A stretch of DNA of 64,000 nucleotides from Bdellovibrionales bacterium (GCA_027317865.1 DAHVQG010000004.1:128001-192000); one strand, 5' to 3'. Shown: positions 40,340 to 50,040, counted from the stretch's first letter. Numbers and translations: made by a program. The notes: a model not told the origin generated them from the letters alone.

Positions 40340-40777
40340 ATGAACGTCATTGGCTACATTTTAATCTGCTTATCGTTGGTACCATTGCTCATCGGCATGG
40401 TGTTATTAATCGCGATCCCATTGGGCGCGCTTGCTGGCGGAATTGTTGCGGCTCCATTTGCGATTCAGCATGCATTAAAAACGAAACGCAAGCGTGTTCT
40501 TATCGTCGAAGGCGATCGCGGAGCGAAAGTGCTCCTAAAACAAATTGTGCGGTCTGCAGACCCACGAGCAATAATAACGGAATCGAATTCAAAAGAAGAA
40601 GCAACGCGTATAATTTACGAGCGCGCGAAATTGCGGGATGGTTTTGACTTCGTTATTGCCGACATCCGCTCGGCACATCATTGGCCGGATATTGTTGAAC
40701 CGCCCCAAATTTTGCAAAAACCCTTGGACTTGGTTGCCAGTAGTTACGCGTTACGAAATGCAATCGTGAACGCCTAG
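40340..40777 (+). CDS. Membrane-anchored truncated receiver-like protein
   Basis: SD GGAGG; hydrophobic N-terminus; RVLIVEGD, FDFVIAD, LQKPLD. Confidence 0.65.
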   Translation: MNVIGYILICLSLVPLLIGMVLLIAIPLGALAGGIVAAPFAIQHALKTKRKRVLIVEGDRGAKVLLKQIVRSADPRAIITESNSKEEATRIIYERAKLRDGFDFVIADIRSAHHWPDIVEPPQILQKPLDLVASSYALRNAIVNA

Positions 40778-40781
40778 ATCG

Positions 40782-41807
40782 TCAATGATGAATACTTAGA
40801 TTGGCCGTTTGCCTAAACATTGCGACGTAAGCCGCGCCTAAAAGACCGGCTTCGTCGCAAAATTTTGAAATTTTAAGCTTTGGTAGCATATCCACACCAG
40901 CGCGATGCATCTTGAGAAGATCTGATAGTCGCTTTTCTGTAATTGGCAAAAATAGATCGTGTGCATTCGAAAAACCACCGCTCATCACAACCACTTCGGG
41001 AGCAAACAGCATAACTGTCGAATAAATAAATGTGGCAAGCTTTTCTCCGTATAACTGAAACGCTTGAACGGCATGGGATTCACCCGAGCGCGCTTCAACC
41101 ACGATGTCTTCCCCACGCAAATTCGGTCGCCCCCAAATTCGGCCTACGTTTTTTGTAAAATTGGTGCCGGATAAATACGCCTCAGCACAACCGTAATTAC
41201 CACACCCGCATTGCCAGTCTTTTTCAAGGTAGTTCATCGTTACATGACCGCCTTCAGTGTGCAGATGCTGACCGGCGCGTAACAGTTCGCCATTCGCGAT
41301 CACGCCAAGCCCGAGGCCCGTACCAAGCGTTACCATAACTGAATTCTGATATTTTTTACTTTGACCAACCCATGATTCGGCGAGTGCTGCCGCGGCCGCA
41401 TCATTTTCGAGTTGTACCGGAATTTTAAGTGCACGGGAAATATCGCGAGCAATCGGAACCACTCCCCAAAATTCGTGATCAATTTTCAGATTGGTCGGGT
41501 TAAGAAGCTGCCCGCTAACCGGATCGAGCGGACCGGCCGCCGCGATCGCCCCGTGAGAAATTTCATGTTTTTCAATCAGCGGCTTTGCCAGGCGAACAAT
41601 TTGACGCAATAGTCCCGGATAACCGTCCGCGAGATCAACGCGCTCACGAGTGACGTCTTTCATTTTGCCTAACCGGTCGATCGCCGCCAAAAGAATTTTT
41701 GTGCCGCCCAAGTCAATGGCAAGTACACGTCCTGAGTTATGCCTTGAACGCGGTCTACCCGATTTTCGCTGATTCCTGGAGCTTTGCCTTTGTGATTTTT
41801 TTGCCAA
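40782..41807 (-). CDS. ROK-family sugar kinase (glucokinase-like)
   Basis: AIDLGGTK, ENDAAAAALAE, LGTGLG, EGGH, CGCGNYGCAE; TTG start at 41807 overlapping pgi. Confidence 0.9.
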   Translation of the reverse strand: MAKKSQRQSSRNQRKSGRPRSRHNSGRVLAIDLGGTKILLAAIDRLGKMKDVTRERVDLADGYPGLLRQIVRLAKPLIEKHEISHGAIAAAGPLDPVSGQLLNPTNLKIDHEFWGVVPIARDISRALKIPVQLENDAAAAALAESWVGQSKKYQNSVMVTLGTGLGLGVIANGELLRAGQHLHTEGGHVTMNYLEKDWQCGCGNYGCAEAYLSGTNFTKNVGRIWGRPNLRGEDIVVEARSGESHAVQAFQLYGEKLATFIYSTVMLFAPEVVVMSGGFSNAHDLFLPITEKRLSDLLKMHRAGVDMLPKLKISKFCDEAGLLGAAYVAMFRQTANLSIHH

Positions 41808-42960
41808 GTTCGACCCCCGGTTGATTGAACACATCAATTTCTAACAGTTCCCCGATGGTTCCGACAACCAATTCGAAAGCCATGATCAATCGTCCCAAAA
41901 CCTGAGTTGAAATTTGATCGAACTCGATATCAATTGCGGTTCGGCCCACTTCACAAAGCGCTTTCTCCGTCGCGTGTGACTGCGTGTCGAACACTTCACC
42001 GAGGCGGTACGATTTTAAGTACTTAAAACCATCCATCGTATCGCCGGTCAATTTCGCCCCTAGCGTTTTCTTGCCTTTGTCGCGAAAAAAAACGACCGCA
42101 GTCGGAACAAGCCCATCCATAAGTTGTTGCAAAACAGAATGTTGATCGCAGGTTCCTTGATAGATCACAGGCACACTGGTAGCCGTCGCTTTCTCGCCAT
42201 TGCGACGACTTGATTTGCCGAGCGACTCCGCCCATAATTGCTGAAGCCAAGGCAAAAATGCGGCGAGCTCTTCAACATAACTCCAAAACGCCGTTACCGC
42301 TTCGCCTCGCTTAAAACTGGCCACAAATTGTGCAGCCAAATCTTCTACGAATTTGCGCTCGCGCAAAACCATTCTTGCCCCTTCGCGCAGTTCCATTATA
42401 TCGACGCCAGAAAACGCCGCGGGAATAAGCCCTACTGGAGTGAACGCTGAAAATCGGCCACCCACATCTAGCGGATGGTCAACAACTCGCAGTGAATTCG
42501 CTTCCGCAAAACGTCGCAAGGGATTTTTTACGCGTTCGCGCTCAGGCTCCGTTATAATTGAAATCCGCTTATTTAAATCCGCATTTCGCTCGTGAAGTTT
42601 AGATGTCAAAACGTCGAGCATGCAGGCTACTTCAAGGGTCGTTCCACTTTTTGAAATTGCTAAGAAATGTGCCGACTCGATTTGATTTTCATTTTCAAAT
42701 ACGCGGGCAAAACTGGTCGGATCGGTATTATTTAAAAATGTCACATGCTTCCGGTTCTGATGCGAGGCTAGACATTCAACTAAACAGCGTCCGCCGAGGG
42801 AACTGCCCCCCATCCCAAGAACCACCAGATGATCTGAAAGATTATGCAATTCGCGGGCAATTTCAATAGAGCTTCGCCAAATCTCGTTGCGTTCAGGGAG
42901 CTGCCAAAAACCAAGATCACGGCGCTCTAAAATTTTATCTAAGGCAAGTTTACTGTTCAT
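41755..42960 (-). CDS. pgi: Glucose-6-phosphate isomerase (short form)
   Basis: GMGGSSLG, ISKSGTTLE, VGGRFS, QQLWAESLGK, DQHS, FNQPGVELGK. Confidence 0.93.
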   Translation of the reverse strand: MNSKLALDKILERRDLGFWQLPERNEIWRSSIEIARELHNLSDHLVVLGMGGSSLGGRCLVECLASHQNRKHVTFLNNTDPTSFARVFENENQIESAHFLAISKSGTTLEVACMLDVLTSKLHERNADLNKRISIITEPERERVKNPLRRFAEANSLRVVDHPLDVGGRFSAFTPVGLIPAAFSGVDIMELREGARMVLRERKFVEDLAAQFVASFKRGEAVTAFWSYVEELAAFLPWLQQLWAESLGKSSRRNGEKATATSVPVIYQGTCDQHSVLQQLMDGLVPTAVVFFRDKGKKTLGAKLTGDTMDGFKYLKSYRLGEVFDTQSHATEKALCEVGRTAIDIEFDQISTQVLGRLIMAFELVVGTIGELLEIDVFNQPGVELGKKITKAKLQESAKIG

Positions 42961-42995
42961 AATTAAGAACTATCTATGCCCAGTCTGCGCCTTCA

Positions 42996-44381
42996 TCAAG
43001 CGCGATTGTAATCATCTTCAATGCGAACGATATCATCTTCACCAAAGTATTCGCCGGTTTGGACCTCGATGATGACAAGTGGAGTCTGCCCACGGTTGCG
43101 AATGCGATGTTTTTGTTCGCGCCGCGCAACAAACTGATCACCGATCTCTAAAATTTTTGTTTCATTTTCGAGCTGAATTTCGGCTTCGCCACGAACCACG
43201 ACCCAGTGTTCATCGCGTTTAGAGTGAACCTGGTACGACATTTGCGCCGAAGCGTCGATTGTTAACCGTTTAACCTTGTATGCGTCGTCGTCATCCAAAA
43301 TTTCAAAATCTCCCCATGGGCGAATTTCAAAACGATGTTCGTCGACCACAGGCAACTCTTGTTCGCGCAGTTGCTCGACAAGTTCTTTTACCTTTTGCGA
43401 AGACCCACGGCGGACAACCAGTAGCGCATCGGAAGTGTCCACGATAATCACATTTTCAACATCGCAAAGGGCTATGATTTTTGGTTGGGCCGAATAAACA
43501 AAATTATGGAGTGAATTCAAACTATGAACTTTGGCTTTCGAATCAATAGGAGCCTTTTCATCTTGCAATCGCGCGAGTTCATCCCACGAACCGACATCAC
43601 TCCAGCCGAAATCCGCGGGAAGGCAAACCAGCGAATCGGTCAATTTTTCAAGTAGCGCATGATCGATGCTTATGGATTCAATATTAGCATATAGGTGTTT
43701 AAGATGGTCCAAGTCGGAGCGAATTGCGCCGATCTTTTTCGATAATTCAGGTGTATACTTTGCGAAAAGCTCGCGAAGATGATCCAGGCGAAAAAAGAAA
43801 ATCCCGGAGTTCCAAAAAAATCGCGAAGATTGAAAAAATTTTTCGGCGCGCACGGGGTCCGGCTTTTCATAAAAATGCCGAACATTGAACGCGCCGTTTT
43901 GACGTGGTTCATTATCGAGTTCAAGATAACCGTAACCGGTTGACGCGCTTGTAGGGCGAATTCCGAAAGTAACAACTTGTCGCGCCTGCGCCAATTGCTC
44001 GGCAAGACGGGCAGCCTTGGTAAATGCCGATTCATTAGCAATCAAATGATCCGCCGGGAATACACCCACAACTGTTTGACCCGGCATTTTTTCGAGATTG
44101 AGTAAATGGGCCATTAGGCAAACGGCGGGAGCGGTATTTTTGCCGTACGGTTCCGTAATCACTGCGGTGCGGGGTAGCCCAGTTTCAACCAGCGCTCGCT
44201 CCGTCAAAGCGCGCATCGATTCGAGCGTCACTACTCGCGGATCACCAAAAACCTTCACACGTTCAAGTGTCTGGCGCAAAAAGGAGCGGTCAAAAAACTC
44301 CGCGAACTGTTTGGGATAAGATTCGCGCGACACGGGCCATAGGCGTGTGCCGCTCCCCCCTGATAGAACAATTGGCACCAT
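42996..44381 (-). CDS. manC: Mannose-1-phosphate guanylyltransferase / mannose-6-phosphate isomerase
   Basis: LSGGSGTRLWPVSR..PKQF, NTAPA, WNSGIF, GWSDVGSW, C-terminal cupin RPWG..EDDIVR. Confidence 0.95.
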   Translation of the reverse strand: MVPIVLSGGSGTRLWPVSRESYPKQFAEFFDRSFLRQTLERVKVFGDPRVVTLESMRALTERALVETGLPRTAVITEPYGKNTAPAVCLMAHLLNLEKMPGQTVVGVFPADHLIANESAFTKAARLAEQLAQARQVVTFGIRPTSASTGYGYLELDNEPRQNGAFNVRHFYEKPDPVRAEKFFQSSRFFWNSGIFFFRLDHLRELFAKYTPELSKKIGAIRSDLDHLKHLYANIESISIDHALLEKLTDSLVCLPADFGWSDVGSWDELARLQDEKAPIDSKAKVHSLNSLHNFVYSAQPKIIALCDVENVIIVDTSDALLVVRRGSSQKVKELVEQLREQELPVVDEHRFEIRPWGDFEILDDDDAYKVKRLTIDASAQMSYQVHSKRDEHWVVVRGEAEIQLENETKILEIGDQFVARREQKHRIRNRGQTPLVIIEVQTGEYFGEDDIVRIEDDYNRA

Positions 44382-44535
44382 AAATACGCGTTAGCACAAA
44401 TTCAGCTTACGCCTCCTGCTCTAAAATTAGGCGCGGTTGCGCAAATTCACAACAAGATCGTGACAACAGCGTTAAAATTAACCACTATAGGACTCCAAGA
44501 AGAGGCGTTGGCGAGATTTACGCGAACGTGAGACT

Positions 44536-45645
44536 ATGAAAATACCTTTTATTGATCTTAAAACTCAGTACCAAGCGCTTAAAAACGACATCGATGAACG
44601 CATTCATCGCGTCTTAGAGCACGGCCAATTCATCATGGGGCCTGAAGTTAAAGAATGTGAAGAAGAACTAAAAAAATTAGTCGGCAGTAAACATGCGATT
44701 GTCTGTTCAAACGGTACGATTGCACTTCAAATGGCGCTTATGGCGCTGGGGATCGGTCCTGGCGACGAAGTCATCACAACGTCGTTTTCATTTATTGCCA
44801 CCGCCGAAGTTTTGCTTTTGGTCGGAGCAGTTCCGGTTTTTGTCGATATAGATCCTCAAACGTACAATATTGATCCTAAAAAAATCGCAGCGGCCATCAC
44901 TCCAAAAACAAAGGCCATTTTGCCCGTTTCGCTTTATGGGCAACCGGCGGATATGGACGAAATCAATCTCATCGCGAAAAAACATAATTTGTACGTAATT
45001 GAAGATGCCGCCCAAAGTTTCGGCGCTCCGTACAAAAAGCTTCGTAGCGGAAATTTAAGTGATGTTGGTTGCACAAGCTTTTTCCCGGCTAAACCATTGG
45101 GCTGCTATGGCGACGGCGGAGCGGTTTTCACCAACGACTCCGATTTAGCTGAAAAATTAAATTCGATCCGGATGCACGGGATGGGAACGCATCGCTATCA
45201 ACACTCTTGCGTCGGACTCAACGGGCGTCTTGATAGTATTCAATGTGCTGTCTTAACTGTAAAGCTTCGACGATACCCTTGGGAGATTGAACGCCGTAAT
45301 TTTATTGCCGCCCGATACTCGCAAGCGTTTTCTGAACTCTCAAACCACGGTGTTCGAACGCCGAAAATCGCGGCAGAACGAACTTCCGTCTGGGCTCAAT
45401 ACACACTTTGGGTACCCGACCGATCCACATTTCAGACAAAACTCCAAGAAAAAGGAGTTCCGACAGCCATTCACTACCCGATGGCAATGCCCGATCAAGA
45501 TGCATATAAAAACGCCGGCCGGGTTCTTGATATTCAAAATGCGCGAACCTCAGCTGAACACGTCATTAGTTTACCGATGTTTCCCGACATGACGACTGAC
45601 ATTCAAGATCAAATAATTGAAGCCGTACGTTCCGTTTATATTTAA
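44536..45645 (+). CDS. DegT/DnrJ/EryC1/StrS sugar aminotransferase (WbpE/GnnB-like)
   Basis: FIDLKTQ, IEDAAQSFGA, PLP-lysine motif SFFPAKPLGCYGDGG. Confidence 0.92.
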   Translation: MKIPFIDLKTQYQALKNDIDERIHRVLEHGQFIMGPEVKECEEELKKLVGSKHAIVCSNGTIALQMALMALGIGPGDEVITTSFSFIATAEVLLLVGAVPVFVDIDPQTYNIDPKKIAAAITPKTKAILPVSLYGQPADMDEINLIAKKHNLYVIEDAAQSFGAPYKKLRSGNLSDVGCTSFFPAKPLGCYGDGGAVFTNDSDLAEKLNSIRMHGMGTHRYQHSCVGLNGRLDSIQCAVLTVKLRRYPWEIERRNFIAARYSQAFSELSNHGVRTPKIAAERTSVWAQYTLWVPDRSTFQTKLQEKGVPTAIHYPMAMPDQDAYKNAGRVLDIQNARTSAEHVISLPMFPDMTTDIQDQIIEAVRSVYI

Positions 45646-45667
45646 TTGAACCGCAAAGGGCAGAGCC

Positions 45668-46195
45668 GTGACGTTACTCCTCAAACAAATATTTGGATTC
45701 GTCAAACTTCTCAATTCTGAAACCGGTACTAATCAAATTGCCGCCGGCATTGCTGCTGGATTTGTTCTTGGCATGACCCCGTTTTTTAGCCTGCAATCGA
45801 TTCTCATCTTTCTTTGTTTATTTCTTTTTCGCGTTCAAATTGGCGCCGCATTTATCGCGGCATTCTTTTTTAAATTTGTAGCTTACTTGTTTGACCCTGC
45901 GTTTGATTCGATCGGCGGTATGATCCTGCAAATGCATTCGCTTAGCGGCGTGTTTACAGATATGTACAACATGCCAATTGTGCCACTGACCCGGTTTAAT
46001 AATACAATTGTCATGGGTTCGGGAGTTGTCTCGCTGATCCTAGCGCCATTTGTTTACCTCGGCAGCCGGATTGGCGTTATCAAATACCGAGCTACTGTAG
46101 TTGCCCGCATCAAAGGTTCAAAGCTTTGGCATGCATTGAAAGCCACTTCACTTTTTAAATGGTACTACAAATATGACCAACTCACCCATCGATGA
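45668..46195 (+). CDS. TIGR03546-family membrane protein
   Basis: LLNSETGTNQIA.G, P.FDSIG, PIVPLTRFNNTIVMGS; paired with the next gene. Confidence 0.8.
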   Translation: MTLLLKQIFGFVKLLNSETGTNQIAAGIAAGFVLGMTPFFSLQSILIFLCLFLFRVQIGAAFIAAFFFKFVAYLFDPAFDSIGGMILQMHSLSGVFTDMYNMPIVPLTRFNNTIVMGSGVVSLILAPFVYLGSRIGVIKYRATVVARIKGSKLWHALKATSLFKWYYKYDQLTHR

Positions 46196-48134
46196 CGCTA
46201 CCCCAACGAACACATTGCCTAAGCCTAAGGGTCCAATTCGAACCGGAGCCGTGATCCCCACTGTCATTTTGCTCCTCATTTGTTTTGTTTTTTTTCATTT
46301 TTTTTTCGACTGGAGCTTTAAACGGGCTCTCACATGGACCGGCTCTCATTTTTACGGTGCTGAAGTCGACATTCATTCGCTTAAAACCAGTTTTTGGCAT
46401 GGATCAATTCAAATTCGCGGCATTGAACTCACGGACAAACAAAATCCAGCCCTTGATTTTCTTCGCATCGGTGAAATTCATTTCGGTTTTCTTTGGGACG
46501 CGCTTTTGCGTCTGAAATTTGTTGTCAACAATGCGGGGGTTGACGGAATCGCTCTTTACGCCCCACGAGTTCACCCGGGGTGGTTAAAACCTTCTCCAAA
46601 ACCATCTTCTGGTAAAACTTTGAAATCAAACACATCCGCTGAAAGTATTGGCAATTCGGTTGTCAGTCAGGTCAAAAAACTTTCACCCGGCGATACGCTC
46701 AGCGGACTTGCCGGCCTTTTGCAAGGAACAAAGCAAGAGGCGCTCGTTAAAGACCTTCAAGGAGGCTTAAAGTCCGAAGCGCGCATCAAAGAACTGCAAA
46801 CCGAAATCAAGCAAAAACAAAAGGAGTGGCAGCAGAAATTTGCAGCACTCCCGCAAAAAAAGGATTTTATAAATCTCATTAATCGTGCAAAAGCGTTAAA
46901 ATTTAACCCGCGAAACCCGAAACAGTTCGCCGAAAATCTCCAACAGGCAGCTGAGATAAAAAGTGAACTCGATCAAAAACTCAAACAAATCAAGGGCACA
47001 ACTGACGCGTTTCAATATGATGTTCGAAACTTAACCGCACAGTACAAAGGCATAGACCAACTGGTGCAACAAGACATAGCCGACACCGAAGCGAGTTTGC
47101 ATATTGGCAACCTTGACGCAAAAACACTTACCCAGGCACTTTTCATGAATTGGCTAGCGCAAAAGCTCGGCGCATACGCCAAGTACATGTCGCTCGCGCG
47201 CGAGTATATGCCGGCAGTTAAAAAATCGAGCTCAAAAAAATCCAGCAAATCTTCAAGTTTCTTTATGGCACACGCGCGAAGCCACGGTCGCACATTCCGA
47301 TTTCCAATTACGACAGGTTATCCACTTTTTTGGCTAAAACGAGCGGATATAAGCTCTAAAGCGACTGCCTCCGGATTTTCTGGCAATATTACCGGGTCCC
47401 TCACCAACGTTACCACCGATCCCGCAATTGTTGGGCAACCGGCGGTGCTCGATGTGAAGGGTGACTTCCCTAAAGCGGATGTTTACAAAATCCATCTCAA
47501 TGTCACAATCAATCATGTGCATAAGCCGCTCGATACCATGAAGTTATCCGTCGGCTCGTATCCAGTTTCGGCAATGAAACTTGTCAACAGTTCGAGTTTA
47601 CACCTCGGTTTGAAAAATGCCGAAGGTAACTCCCTTATTCGCGCAGCCTACAACGATCAAACCTTAAATTTTAACTTACAAAATACCTATACAAACGTTA
47701 TTTACAATATTCGCTCACCCTCGACGCAGGTAAAGCAAATTTTAGACCAGATTCTAACGGGCATCACGACTGTAACTCTTGATGCTTCAGCAACGGGATC
47801 TCTTGATCATTTAAATATCGGGATGAATTCAAATATGGGCAGCGCTTTGGCCAACGGGTTACGTCGTTACGTTCAACAGCAATTGAATGAATTGCAAGCG
47901 AAAATCAAATCCACAATTGAAAATCGCATAGCCGGATCTAAGGAGCAACTCGCTAAACAAATGGGCGCCGCTCAAAATCAATTCGAAAAACTATTAAACT
48001 CTAAAAATAGTGAAGTTCGATCGGCACAGAATACAATTTTGCACCAAACTACTGGCCGTGGTTCATCCCTCAACAACGCTGCCAATCAGCTCAAAAAAGC
48101 GGCCCAACACCTCCTTAAGGGCCTGCATTTTTGA
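46173..48134 (+). CDS. TIGR03545-family membrane-anchored protein
   Basis: IR..A.IP plus TM helix, GAEVDI, coiled-coil middle, G..FRFP...YP.FWLKRA; overlaps the TIGR03546-like gene. Confidence 0.78.
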   Translation: MTNSPIDDATPTNTLPKPKGPIRTGAVIPTVILLLICFVFFHFFFDWSFKRALTWTGSHFYGAEVDIHSLKTSFWHGSIQIRGIELTDKQNPALDFLRIGEIHFGFLWDALLRLKFVVNNAGVDGIALYAPRVHPGWLKPSPKPSSGKTLKSNTSAESIGNSVVSQVKKLSPGDTLSGLAGLLQGTKQEALVKDLQGGLKSEARIKELQTEIKQKQKEWQQKFAALPQKKDFINLINRAKALKFNPRNPKQFAENLQQAAEIKSELDQKLKQIKGTTDAFQYDVRNLTAQYKGIDQLVQQDIADTEASLHIGNLDAKTLTQALFMNWLAQKLGAYAKYMSLAREYMPAVKKSSSKKSSKSSSFFMAHARSHGRTFRFPITTGYPLFWLKRADISSKATASGFSGNITGSLTNVTTDPAIVGQPAVLDVKGDFPKADVYKIHLNVTINHVHKPLDTMKLSVGSYPVSAMKLVNSSSLHLGLKNAEGNSLIRAAYNDQTLNFNLQNTYTNVIYNIRSPSTQVKQILDQILTGITTVTLDASATGSLDHLNIGMNSNMGSALANGLRRYVQQQLNELQAKIKSTIENRIAGSKEQLAKQMGAAQNQFEKLLNSKNSEVRSAQNTILHQTTGRGSSLNNAANQLKKAAQHLLKGLHF

Positions 48135-48781
48135 ACCTGTCAGAGCTTGAATCTTTAACACTTCCGCCACATTTGAATCGAATGGCGCCGCCTGACTTTT
48201 CGGCTTTGAATTTTACGAATTGGCGAAATACGAGTGCTCCATTTGCAATCGAAATCGGGTGTGGCGTCGGATACCACCCCATTCAATGGGCAAAACAAAA
48301 TGTAAATTGCCAAATTCTCGCTATAGAAAGAACGAAAATAAAATTTGAAAAATTCTGCCGGCGGCTATCTCAGCATGCTAGTTTAGAACAACAGATTTTT
48401 GCGGCCCACGCCGACGCCAATCGCCTGCTGCCCCATCTTTTAACTTTAAATTCAGTTGATAATTATTTTTTGCTTTATCCAAATCCAGAGCCGAAGCGTC
48501 GCAATCATCGCATCGCCTTTTCAACTCTGACAAAAATTGTGGTCGCAACTTTAAAACCACACGGCCGGTTGACTATAGCCACAAATATTGAAAATTACGC
48601 AAACGAAGTCCGTCATTGGTTGCCGCTTAAATTTTCGCTTATTCTTGAGCGCGAAGCAAAAATAATCAAAGATGATCTTTTATCCGGGCGACACCGTTTT
48701 CGATCTCATTTTGAAAAGAAATATCTCGATCGAGGTGATTGTTGCTACAATTTCGAATTCCGAAAAACAAACCCGTATTAG
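48131..48781 (+). CDS. TrmB-like SAM-dependent methyltransferase (tRNA m7G46)
   Basis: IEIGCGVG, LAIER, LYPNP.PK, ATN, SHFEKKY. Confidence 0.75.
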   Translation: MNLSELESLTLPPHLNRMAPPDFSALNFTNWRNTSAPFAIEIGCGVGYHPIQWAKQNVNCQILAIERTKIKFEKFCRRLSQHASLEQQIFAAHADANRLLPHLLTLNSVDNYFLLYPNPEPKRRNHRIAFSTLTKIVVATLKPHGRLTIATNIENYANEVRHWLPLKFSLILEREAKIIKDDLLSGRHRFRSHFEKKYLDRGDCCYNFEFRKTNPY

Positions 48782-48793
48782 TAATACCGACGT

Positions 48794-49996
48794 TTAGTAT
48801 CTCGGACATTCGTAAGAGAACGTTACTTGCACGCCAAGCGGAATATTTGAAAAAGTCACTCGATTCTGACTATCAATGGAATAACTAATTTGACTCATAT
48901 ATTGAGCAGGGCTTGTCGATATTGATATTGTTTTTGGGTCGGGTGTGCACGCAAGTTGAATGGGATTATTTTGCGTGTGCTGAGCCACCAGTGAGCCGAT
49001 ATTTGAAAGTTGTTGTGAATAGCTTTGATAATACGGCGACGAATCCAAACAAATATCACCGACGTCTCCGGGTACAATGTTTCCAAGAGATGTAAGTGAC
49101 GAGTTCGCTTGAGACAGGTCCATATAAGTGGTGCCGATAATTCCCCACGTTTCGATACCATTAGGATTCGTCACGGTGTTTGCTTGCACACACTGCACAT
49201 TCGGAACCACAATCGAATTTACACTAAATGATTGGGTCGGAAATTTTGATGCCATATTCTGCACAAGCGTTGCCGGTTCATCATTAAGATAATCGGAGCC
49301 ACAGTTCTCAGGTGATACGCCGTTTTCACATTCGTCGGAGTCAGATACAACAACCACGGCAAGAGGCGCCCCCGGTCGAAAGAAATTGTTTTGATCACGG
49401 TTAATGGCATCATTTACCGCATAAATTCCGCGCGGAACATCCGATGGACAGTCGTTCGGGCTAAAATCACTATTTTCACAGTTCAACGTTTCTTGCCGTT
49501 GAATCGTACCTGCAAACAAATCATTTGCATTTGGTGTGCTTGGGGTTAGCACATAATCTCCAGACGGGTTTCCACTTGTATCAGTGAACTCAAGAAACTT
49601 GCCATCTTGAAAGGCCCCATTTCCGTTAGCTGCATTAAGCGGATCGACCTGCCCCGTTACCGGATTAATACTCGTTGAAATATCCGTCGTAACTACGGCG
49701 ATCTGATAGTTAAGATTAGAGATACTCGCCAAAAAGTTTGAAAAAGCCGAGGCAATCCCAGTTTGGATTTTGTACATCGACCCGGAGTTGTCATCGACAA
49801 ATAAGATGTCAACGTCGCCAGTTTGAAAGGTAAATGAGTAATTAAGATTTTGTCCCTGAACCGTACAGCTAGTACCGCTCGAGTAATTGCCTGAACTACA
49901 AGACTGTTTCGGAATACTTTGAAATCCGACATTGGAACATCCGACTATTGCAATCGGAGCAGTAAATAATAATAAAAGAGTGCGGAAGTATTTCAT
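48794..49996 (-). CDS. Cys-rich lipoprotein with vWA domain
   Basis: Lipobox IVGC; MIDAS-like DILFVDDNSGSM; FFRPGAPLAVVVVSDSDE. Confidence 0.8.
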   Translation of the reverse strand: MKYFRTLLLLFTAPIAIVGCSNVGFQSIPKQSCSSGNYSSGTSCTVQGQNLNYSFTFQTGDVDILFVDDNSGSMYKIQTGIASAFSNFLASISNLNYQIAVVTTDISTSINPVTGQVDPLNAANGNGAFQDGKFLEFTDTSGNPSGDYVLTPSTPNANDLFAGTIQRQETLNCENSDFSPNDCPSDVPRGIYAVNDAINRDQNNFFRPGAPLAVVVVSDSDECENGVSPENCGSDYLNDEPATLVQNMASKFPTQSFSVNSIVVPNVQCVQANTVTNPNGIETWGIIGTTYMDLSQANSSLTSLGNIVPGDVGDICLDSSPYYQSYSQQLSNIGSLVAQHTQNNPIQLACTPDPKTISISTSPAQYMSQISYSIDSQNRVTFSNIPLGVQVTFSYECPRY

Positions 49997-50022
49997 TTTA
50001 ACTCCAACCTAATCCACACTCA

Positions 50023-50040
50023 CTTCAATTGCTGTGCCAG
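50023..50040 (-). promoter_or_regulatory. Sigma54-like -24/-12 promoter
   Basis: CTGGCACAGCAATTGAA (TGGCAC-N5-TTGA, one mismatch to TTGC) upstream of the vWA lipoprotein. Confidence 0.5.
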
